Source: Mustelus asterias (lineage: Eukaryota). From it: a stretch of 64,000 nucleotides of DNA. The stretch lies in assembly GCF_964213995.1 (NCBI RefSeq), contig NW_027590198.1:434001-498000 (forward strand), in the 5' to 3' direction. This document shows, in pieces, positions 1 through 11,347 of this stretch. The notes under the pieces were generated by a model. It saw only the letters and a list, made by a program, of their open reading frames with translations, had not been told where the DNA came from and did not search any database. The translations under genes and the position numbers were made by a program. Each line of letters opens with the position of its first letter. The first letter of the stretch is position 1.

Positions 1-149
1 TTTACTGTTAACCCCATATTACTCCTGTCCTGTGAATTTTTGATGGGGCAGTAGGCCGTCTCTCCAAATTTCATGGAGATTGAACCAGTCTCTTTATTAG
101 ACAGTCAGTTTACCTCGTGTCAGCTTCTATTATATAAGGTCATGCCTCG

Positions 150-1720
150 GTTTATGCTGCACGAGACCCTATCTCTTCACATATTAAACGAGATGCTTTC
201 TCTGACTATACTAAATTAGACCTTGTCCCTGTTTATATTATGCATCAACATGTTTCGGTTTATATCAAACTAGACGCTGTATCGGTTTGTATTAATTTAG
301 ACCTGTCTGTTTGTATTAAACTAGATGGAGTCTTATTTCTGCACTTGACCCTATCCATGTTTATATTGCATTGGACATGGTCTCAGTTTTTACTGCACTG
401 GACAATGCCAGTAATGAGGAAAGTGTTTAGGGGGACACAATTCTCTGCATCCTCTTAAACAAGGAAAAGAAGCAGTGTTATCTGAAATCTACTTCTGCTG
501 ACTGCATTGAAAATGGTTACTAAGACCTGTATAGCATGCACTGTCAACACAGAACAAAGAACAAGAAAATTACTGCAGAGGAACAGGCCCTTCGGCACTG
601 GAAGCCCGCACCGACCAAATACTGTCGATCCAATACTGCCTGTTTCAGAATCCTGCCAGAGACCACTGTTTTTCATCCAACATAATATCTCTTCTTCTCG
701 TAGAACCGCGGAGAAATGCAGACATCATTCAAATAGAGGCAACGTTAAGTGCAGGCATAACACTAACACAGTCTAGTGAAATATGTACAGGGTCAGGATC
801 AAATACTACTGAACCAGAGAGTGTGGCTATAAACTGATTTCTAGTCTAGCAGTGTATTAACAGAGACAGACTCTAATTTAACATAAACTGGGTCCTGATC
901 CAGCAAAATAGAAATGGGTTTCTTTCCGACTTTTCTTTCCGTTCTTTCCAAAGATGTGCGGGTTAGGTTGATTGGCCAGGTTAAAAAAAAAAATTGCCCC
1001 TTAGAGTCCTGGGATGTGTAGGTTAGAGGGATTAGCGGATAAAATATGTGGGGGTAGGGCCTGGGTGGGATTGTGGTCGGTGCAGACTCGATGGACCGAA
1101 TGGCCTCCTTCTGCACTGTAGGGTTTCTATGATTTCTATGATTTCTATGACTGCCATGTGGGGATGGTCAAAGGCCAAATGCTGATCTTTTCAGTGACAC
1201 CCTCATCCCATGAAACAAACATTACAAATATATATGACAATGTCGAGGAAAATAAAACTGAGACAGTGTCTAGTGCAGTTTTACTGGACATAGGAGCTTA
1301 TATATATAAACTGAGACAGAGCCCAGTAATTAATGATACAGGACCTAAATTTCTTTCGAGTGAGATGGAGTCAAGTGCATTAGTAATAATTACTAATAGA
1401 TACAGGACAGTGACAGATGTAAACTGAGACAGAGTCCAGTGTATTAGTAATGATTACTGATACAGTACCGAGACTGATGTAAACTGAGACAGAGCCCAGT
1501 TTATTTGTAATAATTACTGGTACAGGGCCTAGACTGATATACAATGAGATACGGACAATGCAGCAATTAGGAGGTATTGCAAAATGCAATTATAGCTGAG
1601 ACGTGACATTGTCTTAAATAAATAAATGCATGGACTGGTGCAGCATTAACGCAAACAGGATCGAGTTTCTCAAAATCTAATGAACTATTAGCATAATAAC
1701 TGTGACAGAACCATGTGTCA
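150..1720. repeat. Ancient degenerate ~28-30 bp tandem repeat in two orientations
   Basis: Units like tatattaaactagaccctgtctctgttta (about 150-400) and reverse-complement-like taaactgagacagagtccagt (about 770-900 and 1250-1720). Confidence 0.5.
945..1150 (+). mobile_element. HE1-type shark SINE, 5'-truncated
   Basis: HE1 3' body (tccaaagatgtgcgggttagg..gactcgatggaccgaatggcctcc) with (TTTCTATGA)n tail. Related copies at 15745-16060 (-), 26040-26375 (+), 63855-64000 (-). Confidence 0.8.
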
Positions 1721-1938
1721 TGTATGAAGCAGTTGCTCCAGTTTAGTATGCAGTGGCAAATGTTCTGAGGCAGTAAGAATCGAGACACGGCCTCTTGTCA
1801 GATCAGCAGAAGCTTGGCTCAGTACAGCCATAACTTAGAAATTATAATATAAACAGGGCCTGTGTCTCATATACGAACACCTGATATTGAGCCAAGCGCA
1901 GGAAATAGCTTAGACATGACCTCCTGGAATATGATCCA

Positions 1939-2631
1939 CGTAAGAAGTCTCACAACACCAGGTTAAAGTCCAACACGTTTATTTGGTAGCAAATACCATA
2001 AGCTTTCGGAGCACTGCTCCTTCGTCGGATGGAGTGGAAATGTGCTCTCAAACAGTGCACAGACACAGAAATCACGTTACAGAATACTAGTTAGAATTTG
2101 GCTATCAGTTTCTGCTCAGCGACTCTGCGCTGTCGTGTGTCGTGAAGGCCGCCTTCGAGAACGCTTACCTGAAGATCCAAGGCTGAATGCCCGTGACTGC
2201 TGAAGTGCTCCCCCACAGGAAGAAACTGATAGCCAAATTCTGCACACATGAGGACGGCCTAAACCGGGATGTTGGATTTCTGTCACACTATCAGTAACCC
2301 CCATAGCTTGCCTCCTGGGCTTGCAGAATCTCACTAGCTGTTCTGTCTGGAGACAATACACATCTCTTTAACCTGTGTTTAATGCTCCCTCCACCACATT
2401 GCCTGTACCTTTAAGACCTGGCTGGCTTTAGGGATTCGCATTCTAATTAGTATTCTGTAACTTGATTTCTGTGTCTGTGCACTGTTTGAGAGCAAATTTC
2501 CCCTTCATCTGACGAAGGAGCAGTGCTCCGAAAGCTTATGGTATTTTCTACCAAATAAACCTGTTGAACTTTAACCTGGTGTTGTGAGACTTCTTACTGT
2601 GTTCACCCCAGTCCAACGCCGGCATCTCCAC
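1939..2631. mobile_element. Penelope-like element, truncated and inverted, with TSD
   Basis: About 155-bp inverted terminal copies (1940-2097, 2440-2597); internal GIY-YIG C-terminus-like KLIAKFCTHEDGLNRDVGFLSHYQ*; 10-bp TSD ATATGATCCA at 1929-38 and 2632-41. Confidence 0.8.
2505..2541 (+). ncRNA. Minimal type I hammerhead ribozyme motif in Penelope repeat
   Basis: TCAT-CTGACGA-A-GGAGC agt GCTCC-GAAA-GCTT-ATGG: intact CUGANGA and GAAA core, 5-bp stem II, palindromic AAGCTT helix III. Confidence 0.7.
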
Positions 2632-2719
2632 ATATGATCCAGGCACAGCCTACTGTAATACAGACAGAGGCAGAGGCTAGCTGAATATAGGCAGAGATAT
2701 GGTATGTTTAAAATTGTTG

Positions 2720-3680
2720 TGATTTTGATGTCACTGGGAAAGTCAGCTTTTGTTGCCAAACCATGAATTCCTTTGAGAATGTGGTGGCAAGCTTTGGGAA
2801 GCTGGTGGGTGGGGTGTTCTTCGAGCCAGCTACTTTCTCCAGAATGACATTGAGCTTTTGAGTGGCACACGTCAGGCAAGTAGAGAATATTCAATCATTT
2901 GTGTCGGCACAGACTTGGTGGGCCGAAGGGCCTGTTCCTGTGCTTGACTGTACTGTGATACTTGTTCATGCTCCTGTCTTTTGCCTTGTAGATGATGGAT
3001 AGGAGTTGGGAATTCAGGAGGTGCGTTGTTCACAGCAGAACTCCGAGCGTCTGACCTGCTCCTGTGGCCACATGATTTAAACGTCTGTCTCCGCTCAGAT
3101 TTTCACGAATTATAATTCCCAGGATGTTGATAGTGGGCGAATTCAGCGATGGGTAATGCCATTTAATGTCATGGGGGGTGGTTTGGAATCTCCCTCATTG
3201 GAGACTGTCATTGCTTGCCACTTGTTGTGCATTAATGTTCCTTGTCATTCATTAGCCAAACACTAAATGTTTTCGAAGTCTTACTGCATATGGACACAGA
3301 CTGTTTCAGTATCTGAGGAGCCGCGACTGGTGCTGAACTATGTGCAAGCATCAGTGAAAATCCCACTTCTGAAATTTGATGAAGGCTGAAGCTTGGGGCT
3401 AGGTCACTAACCTGAAGAATTCCTGCAGCAATGCGTGTGACTGGCAAGATTGGCCATCAACAATCATCTTCCTTTGTGCTCAGCATGACTCAGGCAGTGG
3501 ACTCTGTTCTCCCTGATTCCCATTGACTGCAGTTTCGCTCGGGCTCCTTGATGCCACAAGCGGTCAGACGCTGCGTCCATGTCAAGGGCAGGCACTCTCT
3601 ATTCACCTTTTTAATTTATTTTTTAAATTCCATATTTGGACTCTTTCCAAATCATTTCTGGAATCGAGTGCTCCTTGCGG
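2720..3680 (-). mobile_element. Decayed LINE (CR1/L2 group) 3' fragment
   Basis: Degenerate RT and 3' sequence shared with about 4760-4980, 13370-13800 and 16085-16330. Confidence 0.5.
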
Positions 3681-4287
3681 GACCCAAATTGAGCATCTTG
3701 GTGTGTGTGTGTGTTGTGTGAAATACACCGTGTTTGATACAAATTAATTCCACAATGATCACTTGCATCCTTCAATTTACACTACATGACGGACAAACAA
3801 TAAACACATCCAATTCAGATTGGCTTCCTTTACATATGTCACCTTTCCTAATGATTGAGGAGGCCAATTTTTGAAAAGTTAGTTCTGCCACAAGTGCTGC
3901 CATTCGTCATTGTGTGTTATCGTTTTTGTATCATGAATGGATATTAGGAGCTTTGGTGTAGAGCCAGTTATCACCAAAATCCTGTATTCCTTGCCCTGCT
4001 GACGGTGTTCAATGTCTTCGCGAGATTGGCCGAAGTACGTTAAAGCTATGGACATATTTGGAACATGGAGAAGTTGTTGGCTGGAGTAAATCTTCCAACA
4101 CAATCACTACACTGCACATCAGGAACACCCGGTCTGCAAGCAGATGATGTATTTCAAGTGTGACCCCAGCAAAGATCTTTCCCGTGATGTTATGACTGAG
4201 ATATGTCTGTAGTTGTAACAGGCTCTTCCATCGGTTTACTTTGCAAAAAGTGTGATGAATTTGAATCATGCCTGCATTATGGAATGA

Positions 4288-4595
4288 TGGGTGCCATGGT
4301 GGCACAGTGGTTAGCTCTGTTGCCTCACTGTGCCAGGGCCACTGGTTTGGTTCCCGGCTTGGGTTGGTGTCTGTGCGGAGTCTGTACTTTCTCCCCGTTT
4401 ATGCGTGGATTTCTGCTGGGTGGTCCAGTTTCCTGCACAGTCCGAAAAGGCATGCTGGTAATGTGCGCTGGCCAGGATAAATTCTCCCTCAGTGTACCCG
4501 AACAGACGCTACAGTGTGGCGACTCAGGGATTTTATAGTGACTTCATTGCAGTGTTAATGTAAGCCTACTTGTGACACTAATAAATAAACTACAA
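4288..4595 (+). mobile_element. tRNA-derived V-SINE
   Basis: GGTGGCACAGTGGTTAGC head, V-domain-like core, 3' taagcctacttgtgacactaataaataaac. Similar copies at 23598-23900 (+) and 45240-45485 (-). Confidence 0.75.
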
Positions 4596-5044
4596 ACCTT
4601 AAATCTTCCAGCAAATAAGGAGAACGTCATAAATGTTCAGAAAGATAGTAATTATTTTCACCAATGACCATCCATTCGCAATTTAATAAATGCATTCACC
4701 AATTCTCATTCATTCACAAAGGTTAGTCTATTTAAAATTACTTTATGGAAGGTGGGCGACTGTCTAAGCTATAATTTGTTTCACATTGCTAGTTGCTGGA
4801 GGTTAGCCGCCTTCTTGAACCGCTGCACAACCTGCAGTGTCGGTACACCCACAGTGCTGTTGGGAAGGGTTCTCATGGATTCCGACCCAGCGACAGTAAA
4901 GGAGCGGTAATATATGTCCAAGTCAGGTTTATAAGCGTCTTGGAGGGGAATATCCAGGCGGGGTTGTTCCAATTCACCAATTAACATCAATTCATACAGA
5001 TAAACAATTATTTCATCAATTGTATTCAGCATTTTGATAAATGG

Positions 5045-5550
5045 AAAATACTGCGGATTCTAGAAACTGAAACAAAAGCAATAAATTCCGAAAATCTCAA
5101 CAGGTCTGATAGCATCTGTGGAAAGAGAACAGAGTCAAAGTTTCGAGTCGGGATCACCCTTTTTTTTTATTTGGGGGAAATTGAAGAGGGTGATGACATT
5201 GGGAAATGATGAGGTGGAAAGGGATTGGGATATAGTTAGCGATTGAGATGTTGATTAGGTTAGTTAGCATGGAGAAGTTGATGATTTTTGGGATCGGTAT
5301 GTAAATTGATGCAACTTGTGTGTGGCTCGAAATAGTGCATATAATTAAACAGTATCTATTTGAATTATTCCCATTTCACAGGGAAAGTTATGCAGCTTCT
5401 CTGACACCTTGTTAGAAACAATGATGATCTCTCCAACGCATCAGGAATACTCTGCCGAAGCGTCATCCAGACTCGAAACGTTGGCTCTATTCTGTCTCCG
5501 CAGATGCTGTCAGACCTGCTGAGATTTTCCAGCATTTTCTGTTTGTTTCC
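5045..5550. mobile_element. Second family of Penelope-like terminal-repeat remnants (inverted pair)
   Basis: '..gaaacgttggctctattctgtctccgcagatgctgtcagacctgctgagattttccagcattt' and its reverse complement. Related copies at about 39400-39590, 40580-41005, 44340-44460, 45770-45880 and 51665-51790. Confidence 0.55.
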
Positions 5551-6389
5551 AATATTTCCTTCTATACAACTTTGCTTTGAATAATTTATTGATATTAACA
5601 TTTATTGACACCTTTTTGTCACCAAGGATAAAATCTATCCCAGAATTCAGTTCGAAATTGAATGAATACAGACCGAGGATCATGCGTAGCTACCCAGCAG
5701 TCTCTGCGCTTTAAACTCCTGAATCATAACTGGTGTGATGATTTCCAAAGTAATCATACAAATTAAACCACCTGCACCAAATATGATTTTACTGAATCTT
5801 TAAATCACGATTCATTATTACACAGTTTTGGGAAATAATGTAACACTTGTAGTTATCCAGTGAGTTTCACAATATATCTGTTGCCACATTATTTATTTTA
5901 CAGCCTGTTACCTTCATTTATTTGGGTGAGGGCATGGTGAATGATTTGCTACACATGTTTCAAATATTACAAACCTCCCTCCTCAGCCAAATCATGTTCC
6001 CTCTTTCGATCTTGGATATGAATATTCAGCATCAGCAGAGAAATGAACCATCCGTGCTGCAGGAAAATCCCCTCTTCTTTTCGTGAGGATCAGCTTGCTA
6101 ACTCCCTCGAAACTAGGGTTGGATTTCTCCCAGAACCTCTGGAAGTATTGACGTTATTAGACTGACAGAAATGGGATAAAGGAGTTGTTTCAATTTTTGG
6201 ACCAGTCAAGTACAAATATGGGAATGTAGAACAACATCTTTCAGTACCATTTAACAATGCATCTTTCAATCCATTCACTGATTCCTCAATCAAAATATTC
6301 AGGCATCCAACTGTCATTCATCCAACTATCATTCATTCAACTGTCATTCATTCCTGCATCAAGACAGTCATTCATTTATTGTTTGCGCA

Positions 6390-6672
6390 GATGGTGACGT
6401 AATATTAACTTAATTGGCCCAGTGATCCAGAGGCCCAGGACAATGATGGGACAGGGATTTAAATCGGAGGAAGCTGGTGGAATTTGAATTCAATTAATAA
6501 ATATGGAATACATTCTAATGGCAACCATAGAACCCTCTCTGATCCCCCAATGAGGGAAATCTGCCATCGCTACCTGGTCTCACAAGAATGTGACTCCAGA
6601 CGGACACAAAATGGTTGACTCTTCAGAAGTGGCCTAGAAAACCATTCAGTTCAAGGGAATTTGGGACAGGCA
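6390..6672 (+). mobile_element. Deu-domain SINE (SacSINE1-like) remnant
   Basis: Motifs gctggtggaatttgaattcaattaataaa and gaaatctgccatcgctacctggtct..gtgactccagac..tggttgactctt. A possibly related copy lies at about 21520-21800 (-). Confidence 0.55.
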
Positions 6673-8511
6673 TTATGTACTCGTCGTTCCAACAACTCAA
6701 ACATCTCATGGAACTATATAGGGAAAGAATACACAAGCATACATGTTTATGTATTACAACATGTATCGTCTCCCTGAGTCATCTCTCAGTCTGCCTGTAA
6801 TTATTTCGATCCATCCATGACAACATCCTGATGTGTTGGAAAAATCATCATTGTTGCTAACAGGGTGTCAGAGAAGCTGCATAAGTTGTCATTCTTGAGA
6901 GATGGGTAAAATCCATATCGACTTACAACTTAAAATATTAAATTGCCTCCAGTACTGTTGCTGGGTAGATTTCTTTATAAATAGGGCTCATTGACAATGT
7001 GAAGGGTTTGAAGTTGGCTTGCAGCCAAGCGGTCAGTACTGAGGAAACAGATCTACTGCACAAACACCCCCAGATGCTTCCTGTCAATAACTTTGAGCAT
7101 TTGACAGCAGGCTGGATTGCTGTCAAATACTGTGTGGGTCAGATTAGTGTGAACCTGAATGGACAAAATGGGATTCAGCCATTTAAACAATAAACGTTTC
7201 ATTCCCACAAGAAAGACACATTTTAAATCGTAATCATTCTAATCAAATATTTTCATTCAATGTCCTGTTCATTATGTGAGTAAATAGCATCGCAAAACAG
7301 TAAAGTGACCAGATGATTTTTCATTTGTATAACTTCCAAGTAAATGCCATTCCAATAATTAAAGTCTGTTTGCTAACCACTTCATGAAATGTGAGGGAGA
7401 GATGTTGATGGTCCCAATTCCCCAGTCAATTGAGATCAGAGCAATGGCAAAAATGCATCGAAATAATATTAAAAGAACATCATCAAACTGACATGAACAA
7501 CAGGGATTCCTGGAATATTCTGAAAGTTTTGCCCCCTATTTAAACAGCAGCGTCTCTTGTACCTGATTTACACCGTGTTCTATTGTACAGTATAATCTGA
7601 TTCCTCTTATTGAAGAGTTCCTCTCATAGCTGCCAATGAGTGGAGAAATGATCAGTTCATAACCTGATTCAATGGAAGGTAAAACATTTATTCTTGTGAT
7701 ATTGTGCAATGTGCAGCAAAGCCCTGATATCTTGTGTTCCCAATACCAATGAATATTAGACAGCCGGTGGCCAATAGAGTGAGTTGCCACGATTTGGATG
7801 CTGAAGGAGAACTTTAATGATCTCCGTGTCCGTTCCGATTCATTAACTTCTCTGTCAAAAGTCGATGTTAAATTTATGTTTCTCTGTCAACTCACTACTT
7901 AATTATCAGGAAGGCGGGATTCTTATTATTTTCAAAGGGCTGTCTTCGAGATTGTGCAGTTTGACAAATATAAGGAGAAACATTGTATTGTGTGAGAGTT
8001 TCTTCTCATCTCCAAACCCAAATTGTACAGTGATAGCCATCCACACTGTAAATAGAATCACTTTGTTCATACTCCGCATTCAGTTACAGAAATCGATAAC
8101 AATTCTTCTGATAAATGATGCTTTATTATTGTAATGTGACAGAGACCCGGGATTGTCGCAACACAGACTGACGGTCTCTTTATTTTCCAAAAACGTTATT
8201 TCATCATTTTCAGATTTGTGTTCTTCTTGTGGGTGTGGTAATAAAATCACCATATTTACAATGGAATCAGTTATTTCAATAAAGAAATGATGAACTGCAA
8301 TATCACCATCAGAAATAATGGAGACAATACAATGAACATATTCAGCCAAACAAATATCCCGACACAGATAAAATGTCCATTTTAATATTAACCCATTGTA
8401 AATCTGGGACTCCATTCTGTTGGGGGTGTGGAAGGTAGGACCTGGATCCAGTCGCCGCCTCCAGCAGGGAATCAACAGGCGGCTCCTGGAAAGCCGCCCC
8501 CTTCTGCCGGG

Positions 8512-8520
8512 TATTTAAAT
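8512..8520 (+). promoter_or_regulatory. TATA-like box of the IgH V promoter
   Basis: TATTTAAAT about 100 nt upstream of the leader ATG (8611), preceded by a GC-rich element (GCCGCCCC 8493-8500). No perfect octamer seen in 8220-8610. Confidence 0.55.
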
Positions 8521-8610
8521 GCCGCTCACTGGGACCGGAATCCAACAGTCCGGGAGGTGGTTTGTTCACTGAGTTTCTGACACAACCATTTCCCCCAATT
8601 TACCAGGAGG

Positions 8611-8656
8611 ATGAGGTCGGCAATTTCTCTCAGTTTGTTGCTGACTTTCTTATCCG
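8611..8656 (+). CDS. IGHV: IgM heavy chain leader exon (MRSAISLSLLLTFLS+G)
   Basis: ATG at 8611, hydrophobic signal peptide, 46 nt ending in phase 1, donor GTGAGT at 8657; intron 8657-8789 ends in tttttacAG. Confidence 0.95.
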
Positions 8657-8789
8657 GTGAGTAGTTTTTTTTTCATTGTCTAAGTCTCCCACAGTTCCTG
8701 TCTCAGTTTTTGTCCATCTCTGTAATATTCCAGAGTCAAAAATCATTACACCAGGATTAATCCTCGGGTTTTTTTATCTATTTTTACAG

Positions 8790-9152
8790 GTGTCCAGTCG
8801 GAGGTTGTGTTGACTCAGCCAGAGGCAGAGACCGGGCGTCCTGGAGGCTCCCTGAAACTGACCTGTAAAACCAGCGGCTTCGATCTTAGCAGCTATGACA
8901 TGTACTGGATCCGACAGGTTCCCGGGCAGGGGCTGGAGTGGCTGGTTTACTACTATACTTCATCTTACAACAGCTACGCCCCAGCAATTAAGGATCGATT
9001 TAGTGCGTCTAAAGACACTTCAACCAAAATCTTCTCTTTGGAGATGACAAGGCTGAAGACCGAAGACACCGCCATCTATTACTGTGCAAGACACGTACAA
9101 CAGTGGGGTATGGGCTACTGGGGACAAGGGACCATGGTGACGGTGACTGCAG
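8790..9152 (+). CDS. IGHV: Pre-joined VH-D-JH exon of shark IgM
   Basis: Reads (G)[68 protein letters not shown]. Both Cys, the FR2 Trp and the J WGQG motif are in one open frame. Donor GTAAG at 9153. No heptamer/nonamer between V and J. Confidence 0.97.
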
Positions 9153-9399
9153 GTAAGAACCATGCATTTATTTAGTCAGTGTTTTATTTGAGTTTTTGTT
9201 TTATACTTTTTCTCGATTTTATTAATTCATTCGTTCAATGTAATGTAGTTTGGTGGATTCTGTGCTGAAAATCTTTACAATGTTTCATGTGATCCAGCTT
9301 AAAATGGGGGTTATAGAATTCTACTGTTAATTAAAAAAAGGCGATACTGAGTGATTCAGTCTCTTGTTGTGATTTAGTGTTTATCTGCTGAGGACATTG

Positions 9400-11240
9400 T
9401 GTGGCTGTGTTACTTTAAATGCCTTTCTTTTGTTAAACAGTTCGGCGTTTCTTCAATGTTTAATCTCGGTGACATCTAGTGGTTGCGAGTTGCACCATCT
9501 ACTGCACAAGTGTTTGAAATCTAACCCAATATTGACAAAATGTGTTAACGTTTCTGCTTTAATGTTGCGAACATGTTCCGCTTAATCATAATCTGATTTT
9601 GTTATCTCATTGTTGTGCTTATTTTAATTATTAGTTGCTTTGGCGATGGTCAGATTGGCTGGATTTTAAATTGAGATTTTCTGCCAATGTGAAATTTGAT
9701 TCTGTTTCAACTGTTTGTAGAATTGAGCTGCTTCTGCATGAACCGGGGTTCAGTCCCTCAGTGCTGCGTGTTTCTGGTGAGGAGGTTGTCTGTCTGGGTG
9801 ACTTTGAATAAGTAAAATTTGTGAAATGGTTCGGAGATTCTGCATTGTTTACACTCGGTGACACTGAGCTGTTACACACTTTGTGATTGAATACAAACAG
9901 TCTGCGGGTTTTAAACTACTTGCCGCGTGCCTGCAGACAGAAATCAGGCAGGCTTTATTGTATTTGTATTTTTTTAAATCGTAGCTGATAATTGCAGGTT
10001 AAACCAAACCATGGTTTATGCCACTCGTCCAAAACATAGTTTACCACTGCATTCACAATTTGGGATACATGCCATGTTTAACCTCGGTGGCATCTGACGG
10101 CTGCAGCTTTTACCCACCCAATATTTAAATATGTTTGAAATCTGTTTGAAATATGACCCAATATGAATAGAATGTGGTAAAATTTCAATTTTAATTTGTT
10201 GGACATATTCCACCTCCTCGCAATGCTCTTATTCCAAATTTCTGTTTAGTTCAATCATTCATATATTTGGTGACGAGCTGGTTTGCCGGATTGAATATTG
10301 AGATTTCCTTGCAATCATATTTTTGATTTTGTTGAATGGATAATTGAGTTGCGTCCCCGTGAAACGGATTCATTCCCTCAATGATGTGTTTTGGTGTGTT
10401 TCTGTTGAGGAGGTTCTGTTGTTGGGTCACTAAGAATGTTTAAAATGTGTGAAATGTTTTGGTGTTTCTGCACTGTTTAAACTCGGTGGCACTGAGCGGT
10501 TACACGTTTTCTGGTTAAATGCAAAAAATCTATGAGTTTGAAAATCTTGTAGGGAGAAAATAAGTAGGTTGAGAAAGAAATAAAATAAAGGTATTACAGC
10601 ATTTTTATAAATTTTAACAAACTCTTAGAAATTAAAATATGTCATGTCTTACAACGCTCAATCGGACACTAAGTAGTTGCTGCAAAAAGAAACTTCTCGT
10701 TAACAAGTTTGATAGTAAAATTAATATAAATCAAACTGTTATTAATCGGTAACGTAACTACATATTCACAAAAGATTATTTTCTATTTATATCATTTCGC
10801 ATTAATCGGCTTTAATACAATTAACATGACCAAAAAAGTTTATCGGCTGGAAATATTTTGTGATAATTCCAGAAACGATTTCAATGATAACATGCTGTTT
10901 CCACAGCAGCGCTCAGTTCAACAAGATACTTTGCATTAATTGTTATATCCCCGATGAAGTTCGCATTCACTTAAATATGAGTTTTGGAGAATAATTGGCG
11001 ATAAAACGCTATTTGGCAATTTTTGTGCCCGATTATTGCATTGTTTCTGTGCAGGCGCAGCATTCCTTCCAAGTAATTTGTAGTTGGATGCCGAGCTAAT
11101 TAATTACTAATCTCATCTCAAAATTTGTGAAATGGTTTGGTGTTTCTCAATTGTTTCTGTATTGTTCCAACTCGGTGATCCTGAGCGGTTGCACTTTTTC
11201 CAGCTAAATGAAAAAAACAAACTGCGTTTAAACATCCTTG
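9400..11240 (+). repeat. Degenerate ~620-690 bp tandem duplication in the 5' J-C intron
   Basis: CTCGGTG core at 9465, 9854, 10083, 10482 and 11171 with homologous flanks (e.g. gtgaaatg..ttgg..ttct). Confidence 0.75.
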
Positions 11241-11347
11241 TCAGGATAAAACAAACTGGTATCGGAAAAAATAAAATAAATATATATTTGAGCATTTTAT
11301 TCATGTTAACTGATGCTTGCAGATTAAAGTAAATCATGAATTACAAT

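Noticed and set aside
3870-4270. Possible Gypsy protease-like remnant on the minus strand
   Set aside because: Only a vague resemblance after assuming frameshifts; cannot be supported without a profile search.
7536-8475. Minus-strand ORFs upstream of the VH promoter, including a signal-peptide-like MNKVILFTVWMAITV
   Set aside because: No recognisable domain or splice structure, frequent stops; treated as non-coding flank.
9099-9105. AACAGTG inside CDR3 as a residual RSS heptamer
   Set aside because: Lacks the invariant CAC and has no nonamer at 12 or 23 nt; better explained as D-segment coding sequence.
9400-11240. CRISPR-like interpretation of the spaced CTCGGTG motifs
   Set aside because: Eukaryotic intron, degenerate motifs, homologous rather than unique spacers, and no cas genes.
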